Shown in pieces: positions 46,321 to 53,842 of a DNA stretch of 53,842 bases. Below the pieces are notes generated by a model. That model was not told the origin of the DNA and did not search any database. It saw only the letters and a list, made by a program, of their open reading frames with translations. Source of the DNA: Octopus bimaculoides (Eukaryota); the NCBI RefSeq assembly GCF_001194135.2, contig NC_068982.1, forward strand, positions 15,889,154 to 15,942,995. The letters run 5' to 3'. Numbering within the stretch: the stretch's first letter is position 1; every line of letters begins with the position of its first letter. A program made the translations under genes and the position numbers.

Positions 46321-47531
46321 CAGTGGTTGGACAAAATAATGGAAACACCAAGCATCGTAGCATCATAATTTTAAAATATCTATAAAACCGTCAAAAGCTT
46401 GTTTATTTTATGTTTTTTGATTTATTATTAGTGTTGCTTAATATATTTTGCTAAAATTGCTGTTTCTTTTCAGATATCATCAGAAAAAAGGTAATTAAAA
46501 ATTCATTAAAATGACAGATCTATCGGACTTTCAAAGAGGTGCTAGCGTAACGAAAGCAGCCGAAATGTTTGGTGTATGAAGAAGTACTGCCTCGAAAGTA
46601 ATGACAGCCTTTGACAAAGAGGGAAAACCCTACTCGTCGAAACAAAACTCCGGAAGAAAACCAAAACTTTCAGACTCTTACGCAAATTGTTAGAAAGGAT
46701 CACAAAAGTACAGCTCCCAAGATTACTGCAGAGTTTAATGACCACCCCGAGAACAGTTTCCACAAAAAACTGTTCGCCGGGAGCTGCACAAAGCCGGATT
46801 GCACGGGAGTGCTGCAATCAGAAAACCACTACTTTCAAAAACAAACGTTGCAAAGCGTTTAGAGTGGAGTTAAAAACCTACAGAATTGGTCCCTAGAGCA
46901 GTGGAAGAATGTTATTTTCTCTTCACCTTATTTCTGACCACCGGCCGAGTATACCTGTGGAGACAGTCAAAAGAAGCATTTGACCCAGACTGCCTTCTTC
47001 CAACTGTTAAATATGGAGGAGGATCTGTGATGATCTGGGCGGTGGGGGGGTGGGGGGCATATCTTGGAAATCCGCCGGCCCAATGGTTTCCCTTCATGGC
47101 AGAATTAATAGTCAAGACTATTTAAGCGTTTTATCTGATCAAATTCATCCTATGGTTGTGGAAGTGTTTCCGGAGGGGAACGCAATATTTCAGGATGATA
47201 ATGCACCAATTCACACAGCTAAAGTTGATACTGAATGGCACAAGGAACATTTTAGAGAAGTTGAACATCTTATCTGGCCACCACAGTCCCCAGATCTCAA
47301 CATTATTGAACATCTATGGTGCATTTTAGAAAAACAATGGAGTCGATATCCTCCACCATCATCACTACAAGAACTGGAGACTGATTTAAATGAAGAATGG
47401 ACAAAAATTCCTTTGGGAACAATTCAAACTTTGTACGCGTCCGTACCTCGTAGAATTCAAGCTGTAATTACTGCCAAAGGCAGTCCCTATCCCATATTTT
47501 TATGTTTAATGTTACTGTTGGTGACGTCCTG
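46321..47531 (+). mobile_element. Tc1-like DNA transposon with DD36E spacing (Incomer-type), degenerate
   Basis: TA|CAGTGGTTGGACAAAATAATGGAAACACC left end. The right end is eroded (GGTG..GTCCTG|TA). About 1.21 kb. Confidence 0.85.
46511..47495 (+). pseudogene. Tc1-like transposase pseudogene
   Basis: MTDLSDFQRG, SGRKPKLS, TVKYGGGSVMIW and FQDDNAPIHTAKVDTEWHKEHFREVEHLIWPPQSPDLNIIEHLW (36 residues from D to E). The first catalytic D is deleted near 46920; frameshifts present. Confidence 0.92.
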
Positions 47532-47541
47532 TACCCATATA

Positions 47542-47581
<40 letters not shown>

Positions 47582-47683
47582 AGAATAAGGGCAGGGAATC
47601 GTTAATTAGTAATAGATTTTTGGCGTCGCATGGCCAGAAATTACCGTGAATTTTTTTAGAGACACTTTCAGATTTATCAGAAT

Positions 47684-47741
47684 ATTGGGCTGATGAGACG
47701 GAATAGATTAATATCTTAACCGCGAAACGTTCGTATCCAAT
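47684..47741 (+). ncRNA. type I hammerhead ribozyme, intact core
   Basis: ATTGGG-CTGATGA-G-A-CGG-AAT-AGAT-TAAT-ATCT-TAA-CCG-C-GAAAC-GTTC-GTA-TCCAAT. Stem I 6 bp, canonical core, GUA triplet, predicted cut after 47735. Confidence 0.75.
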
Positions 47742-48894
47742 TAACTAAAGGCAGGTTTGTTTTTGCTTTTCACTCTGGTTTTTTGTTCTATGTGCGCCAT
47801 AAATATCGCCATCCATTTAGAGAAAAATTTGTAGTTTAGAATCAGTAGTTTTTTGACTGCTATTTCTAAATTTTCAGTATGTTGGAGAAGCAACTCAATG
47901 CTAATCCCTGTATATTTACGATGATATATATATATATATCCACACATGTATCTTTGTGCCTGTACTTTGCGCATATGCGTGTGTATGTGCGCCTGTGCAT
48001 GTGTATATGTGTGTTTATGAGATAGGGAAAAGAAAATATCTCACATAACGGTTGTATATATGTGTGTGTGTGTTTGTGTGTGTATGTTTGTGTGTTTGTG
48101 TGTGTTTGTACGTACCGTATATAAATATGCACATATATAAGTACGTGTGTACGCTTGTATGTTTTTTAACGTCAGTTTTATCTGGTCATTTCATATTTTT
48201 CAATATTTATTGAACTGATCTTTCCCTGCTTGATTTACTCCGCTTATTTGTAGTGGACAGAAAATTAGGTTATTGCCTTTTGAAATTAAAATTACTTCCG
48301 CATGAATGAGCTCAAATCCAAACTTTGTATTGTTTCATGTTGCTATCAAATCTTTCGTTTAGTTCTCAAATTATCCAAACAACAAAGCAGTTTAGTTAAT
48401 CTAGAGGTTGTTGTTTGTGAGAATAATAACGATTTTTAGAAGACTTAGAATCGGCGTCGTCATAAATGTTTCTTTGCTTTCTGAGACTCTTGGGCCGTTG
48501 GTTAGTGGGTTTGTTTAGTGTAGAGAAAGAGTCACAATATCAATCCCCAGGGCAATTCATATTCAAAACGTTTGTGTCTACGGTGTAAATGTGTTGAGAC
48601 GATGAAAGGCCTGACCGGTTGTAGAGTGGATTGTGCGATTATAGGAAGAGGATACGGTCTGTTGCGGTCCACTTTGAAGCTTTCTCTCAGTGTGTGAGCG
48701 GGTGATGAAATGGTCATCGGTCGGATTTTTAATTTCAGGACAGAATTTGAACTCGGAACTGCAAAACATTTCGTTCGAAGATTTCGATACTGCAATCTAT
48801 AACCTTGGATTGGTAATTTATTTAGCAATCCCGAAAGGGATTTTGGTCGCGTGATTTTAATAAATAACACAGGGAGTTGGAATAAATATTGGTT

Positions 48895-49065
48895 TTAAAT
48901 TTTGGTACAAGGCCAGCATTTTCTGGGAAGTGAAGTGGTAAGTTGATTACATCGACCCCAGGGCTCAACTGGTAATTATTTCATCGATTTCGAAAAGTTG
49001 TGGGGCAAAGCCGACTCCGGCGACATTTGAACACGAATGAAATGTTGATGATTCTGCCAGGTCAA
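48895..49065 (-). mobile_element. SINE family A, diverged
   Basis: TTTGGTACAAGGCCAGC...TTACATCGACCCCAGGGCTCAACTGG...GACATTTGAACACG. Confidence 0.78.
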
Positions 49066-49202
49066 CTGTTATCAGGCAGATCGAAGGCCAGGAGCATTAA
49101 AGTCGTTCAGTGTGTGTGTGTGTGTGCGTGTGTGTGTGTGTGTGTTTGTGTGTGCGTGTGCGTGTACGTGTGTGCATGTGTGTGTGTGTATGTGTTTGAA
49201 TT

Positions 49203-49239
<37 letters not shown>

Positions 49240-51519
49240 CTGTATGAGCGTGTGTATGTGTGTGTGTGTGTGTGTGTGTGAGTATATATATCGGGAGTCA
49301 CACGAAACAACACTGAATGAATTATTATCGTGTATAACTATATATTCAACACGCTGTGTACACTTGAACGTGGGAACACCTTTCACTGTGGAAATATGTC
49401 TGTACACGATAATATTTTATTCAATTGCTTCGTGCGATTCTAATTATCTAATTCCATCTTGACCTAACTCTAAACACATCAACAAATGTACTATTTACAG
49501 TTCTTATGGAAAAGAACTATCGTTCTTATATAGCAATGAAAAATGAATCCGCTTTCCGTAGCTGACGACGCACAGCAACGCAGAGACGTCAAGAGTAGGA
49601 GGAAGCATTTTATGATTAAAGTTAGTAGGAAGACGTAGCTAAGATGAGCTGGTTCGTGCACAAGCAAAGTAGAGGTGGAAAAGCGAGAAGATAAGTGCTA
49701 GCAAGCATTTTAAGGGCAATGAAAAACAAGCTTCAGAGGATGGTAGGTGGTAAGAAGAATGTTGGGCACAATAAAAAATATAAAAATAGATCCGAGAAGA
49801 AAATAGATAAATTTGAAAGATTAAATTAATAGATTGTAAGCAAGTAAACCATACAGAAAATGGAGACTGAAAAATGCCGAGAAGAGGGGCCAGACATTTT
49901 AAAATGTAAAGCCGAATAAGAAGAAAAAAAAAAGGATTTGACATAAATACGTATCGTCATTCTAGTTTTCAGAAATGTTAAATTTATTTGAGCTTCTGTT
50001 AAGGCAAAATTGGTCAAATTCCAAAATGAGTGGGCCATCCATTTTCTCCAGCTGCTATTCCTGGGAGGGTGGTGGGGTTAGGGTCCTCAGCATCTTCTCC
50101 ATGGAGTTCTACCAGTTACAACTTTCATTGCCTTTTCCGAGCGGATTCTTAAGCGTGATCAACTGAGTTATCCAATCATTTCGTTATTGGTCTACTCCCA
50201 AGTCTCCTGCCCTTTGGTTCCGCTTGAAAAATCTTGTGACTCTTACCTGGAGGATTTCCTTGGGCTCTGAATTACTCACCCTCTCGAGTGACATTATTCC
50301 AGAAATCCTTCGGAGGGAGTCTATTGCGAACGCTTGCATTCGCGATCGTACATTCATGACCATCGATAAGGATAGGCACGAAAATCCGAATTGAAGATAA
50401 TGAGTTCATTCTTTACAACTACTATATATGCGAAATTTCGTAACCAGAGTTTCTGTAACGCAGAGGATACCTGGATGTAGAAACTAACATGTTATATTAA
50501 CAAACTGTAAACGGAAAAAAAAAGCAAAAACAAGAATGGATATCCAATATTTCGCATAAGATACAATCGGTACATCTGAAGGATTTTGAAATGATTGCTA
50601 GATGAGAAGAGGGGAAATAGATCAAAAGAAGGCAGTGAAAATTATTAGAAGTGTCATCATAATTGTCAACAGAATCATCATCGTAATGATAATCATAAAT
50701 TTTAGTTCGGTTTGGCATGAATCTATCTTAAGTGGAAAATTTAAATGCTAGTTAGATTTTAACTTTAATAACTAAACGTAGTAATCATAGTTACACTCGG
50801 CATCGACCGAAGGATCAGCGAATTTTCGCTTTCATCTAAATATCTCAAGCAATTTCGAAAATTATTGATGGAATCGTACAGCTTACTGCTACAGTAAACT
50901 GTAGAACTTTATAAGTTTCATTCCTAGTTTAGAAATCAGAGGAATGAGTATGGAGTTTACGAGATAAAGCGAACATTCTCATTAGAAGAAAAGACATACC
51001 GTTTATGCTATATTGTGAACGTTGAGGAGCAGATACCGAATGCTGGAGCTGGTATAGAATTTAAATTGCTATTCCCAATTAGTTGAATGTCACGTTTTTC
51101 AATAAAGGCCGTATTATTCCTTTGTTAGTGTTGTTATACCATTATCTGAGGCTGTTGGATTAATCGTAGACACTTCGGTACCAAACTATTTAATTAACGG
51201 TCTTAGGAAGTATAAACGTTACAAAGCGAATCTATCTGTTCCATTCATTCGTTAATTGGGATTCAATCAAACACAGAGGTGGGGGTGGTGACGGTGATAG
51301 AGGTATGATGGGGGATGGGTGTATGAGGGTGGTGACGAAAGGTATATCTAGGGTGGATGCTAGAGTATCAACGATAATTCTTGGATATTGATATCGTACA
51401 TGTGGGACTAAGCAGTTTGTGGGGCGGGGGGGACAGCATTTTAGTTTAGGGTCTAATTGAGTTAGTTGGTTCACAACAGATATTTACTCTTCGCCATTTG
51501 CCTCGCCTCTCATAGGAGC

Positions 51520-51558
51520 CATATAGTAGTAGTAGTAGTAGTGGTAGTAGTAGTAGTG

Positions 51559-51605
<47 letters not shown>
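51520..51605. repeat. (AGT)n microsatellite
   Basis: Visible trinucleotide run. Confidence 0.95.
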
Positions 51606-51606
<1 letters not shown>

Positions 51607-52289
51607 ACCGAACAAAACTTACGTCGAAAGCGTCCCNNNNNNNNNNNNNNNNNNNNNNNNNNNNNNNNNNNNNNNNNNNNNNNNNNNNNNNNNNNNNNNN
51701 NNNNNNNNNNNNNNNNNNNNNNNNNNNNNNNNNNNNNNNNNNNNNNNNNNNNNNNNNNNNNNNNNNNNNNNNNNNNNNNNNNNNNNNNNNNNNNNNNNNN
51801 NNNNNNNNNNNNNNNNNNNNNNNNNNNNNNNNNNNNNNNNNNNNNNNNNNNNNNNNNNNNNNNNNNNNNNNNNNNNNNNNNNNNNNNNNNNNNNNNNNNN
51901 NNNNNNNNNNNNNNNNNNNNNNNNNNNNNNNNNNNNNNNNNNNNNNNNNNNNNNNNNNNNNNNNNNNNNNNNNNNNNNNNNNNNNNNNNNNNNNNNNNNN
52001 NNNNNNNNNNNNNNNNNNNNNNNNNNNNNNNNNNNNNNNNNNNNNNNNNNNNNNNNNNNNNNNNNNNNNNNNNNNNNNNNNNNNNNNNNNNNNNNNNNNN
52101 NNNNNNNNNNNNNNNNNNNNNNNNNNNNNNNNNNNNNNNNNNNNNNNNNNNNNNNNNNNNNNNNNNNNNNNNNNNNNNNNNNNNNNNNNNNNNNNNNNNN
52201 NNNNNNNNNNNNNNNNNNNNNNNNNNNNNNNNNNNNNNNNNNNNNNNNNNNNNNNNNNNNNNNNNNNNNACACACACCCATATATATAT

Positions 52290-52650
52290 AATTTATTTCA
52301 GTCAATTGGCTGCGACCATGCTGCAGCACCGCCTTTAGTCGAACAAATTGACCCTAGGTTTTATTCTTTGTAAGCCTAGTACTTATTCTATCGGTCTCTT
52401 TTGCCGAACAGTTAAGTTACGGGAACGTGAACACACCAACATCGGTTGTCAAGGTATGGTTGGGGGGGGGACACAGACACACAAACACACACACACACAT
52501 GCACGCACACACACGCATATACATATACGACGGTCTTCTTTCAGTTTCTGTCTACTAAACCCACTCACAGGCTTTGGTCGGCTCAAGGATATAGTAGAAG
52601 ATACTTACCGAAGGTGCCTCGCAGTGGGACTGAACCCGGAACCATGTAGT
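52290..52650 (-). mobile_element. SINE family B, near full length
   Basis: TTTCAGTCAATTGGCTGCGACCATGCTG...GCAGTGGGACTGAACCCGGAACCATG. Confidence 0.9.
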
Positions 52651-52921
52651 TTGCAAGTATGTTGATGCAAACAGGAAAAACAGAATTCAAAATATGAGTA
52701 TACGTATACTTTTGTTAATATTTAGCAGAAGAAACAGTGACTCTAGGTCAGAGAGTTTCGTGCGTTGGCACTTATCAAACTTTGATAAGTGTTAACGCAC
52801 GAAATTTTCCGACCCTGAGTCATTTTGTTACTTTACTTCTGCTAAACGTTAATATATATGTATGTATATATGTATGCATGGAAATATCAGGTATGTGTGT
52901 GTATATGTACATATACATACG

Positions 52922-52983
<62 letters not shown>

Positions 52984-52984
52984 T

Positions 52985-53140
52985 CGCCATGATAGATCGC
53001 TAACCACTACACACATTTTTTTCTTTCCATGTTTCTTTCCGTGTTCCTTTCTGTGGAATAGCATAGGCTCGAAACGTTAAAGACTTTTTCCATTCCCGAG
53101 CGTTATACTAATACATCTGTTTGTTTTCTACACCACCTGT
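52985..53140 (+). mobile_element. repeat family E copy
   Basis: CGCCATGATAGATCGCTAACCACTACACAC as at 6968; motif CTTT-CTGTGGA-A-TAGC-ATAG-GCTC-GAAAC-GTT-AAAG at 53047-53082. Confidence 0.7.
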
Positions 53141-53179
53141 TTATATATATATATATATTTGTAAATAAATTGAGAAATG

Positions 53180-53470
53180 GAGTTAAACGCAAGGATATTC
53201 AAATCTTTATACTTCCGACATATGTTTCGAATAAAACATTGGTTATATTCCTGAGGGGATAAAATGGTGTAAAACAATGTAATCATCTCATGAGAGGAAA
53301 AAGAGAAACAAAACACATCAATAAGCCATTTTAACTGAATGTGATTACCGCGTATATGATGAAGGGAAATTATATATTTGTTATTTTAAAAAAACCGTTA
53401 TTAGATTTAACGTGACAGGCAATTTAGAGAAAGGGAAGGATGAGAAAGAAAGAAATTAACAGAAAATTAA
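53180..53470. repeat. repeat family F copy
   Basis: Colinear with 9490-9785. Confidence 0.7.
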
Positions 53471-53628
53471 GAGTAGAGAAATAGAGTGCGATAGATGAGC
53501 GGAAATAAAGCTTAAAGGCGTGTAAATAGATATATGTAGTGGAAATGAAATATAAGACAGTCAAAAGTCAAATTTTAGAGAAACTACTTATAGGAACTAT
53601 GTATATGTGTGTGCATTTCTATAAATAA

Positions 53629-53661
<33 letters not shown>

Positions 53662-53842
53662 ACAAAAACCATTCGCACCGAAAGCCCATATATATATTCT
53701 GTTGTCCGTAAAAAAAGTCTGTTTTTTGTGCTTTGTTTATGTTCCCGTTCCTTTTTTGTCCACGTTTTTTGACGTCCTGTACCCGGATATGCATCTATAT
53801 ATACAAGTAGATGTAGGTATGTACACATATGTATGTATACAT

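Noticed and set aside
48170-48870. Possible degenerate retroelement coding sequence (also 12060-12470, 35560-35800 and 49620-50400)
   Set aside because: Only faint resemblance to PLE or LINE peptides by eye; cannot be assigned without a profile search.
53211-53260. Minus-strand GAAAC-ATAT-GTC with an upstream stem in family F
   Set aside because: No CUGANGA box in register in either family F copy.

Overview
AT-rich, repeat-dense animal genomic DNA with about 3.4 kb of N in 12 gaps, most of them next to microsatellites. The SINE families and microsatellite load look like an octopus (cephalopod) draft assembly; this is inferred from repeat content, not from a search. I could not support any intact protein-coding gene, rRNA or CRISPR array, and most ORF-track entries are microsatellite read-through. 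The window is a patchwork of decayed mobile DNA. DNA transposons: two mariner relics, a Tc1-like element with DD36E spacing, a Charlie/SPIN-type hAT with TIRs and an 8-bp TSD, a small TIR element encoding SAP and SWIM domains at the centre of an inverted satellite, and MITE-like foldbacks. Retroelements: a Penelope-like element with a duplicated terminal repeat, CR1-, RTE- and R4/Dong-type LINE ends, a Gypsy relic (gag knuckle, PPT, LTR), and more than 30 copies or fragments of four tRNA-SINE families (my labels A-D). RNA-level features are a tandem pair of tRNA-Val pseudogenes and several hammerhead-ribozyme folds, including a three-copy family with a non-canonical core. CpG is strongly depleted left of about 16.6 kb and retained to the right, which may mark the edge of a germline-methylated gene body. 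Coordinates of degenerate repeats are approximate (about +/-10-20 bp).
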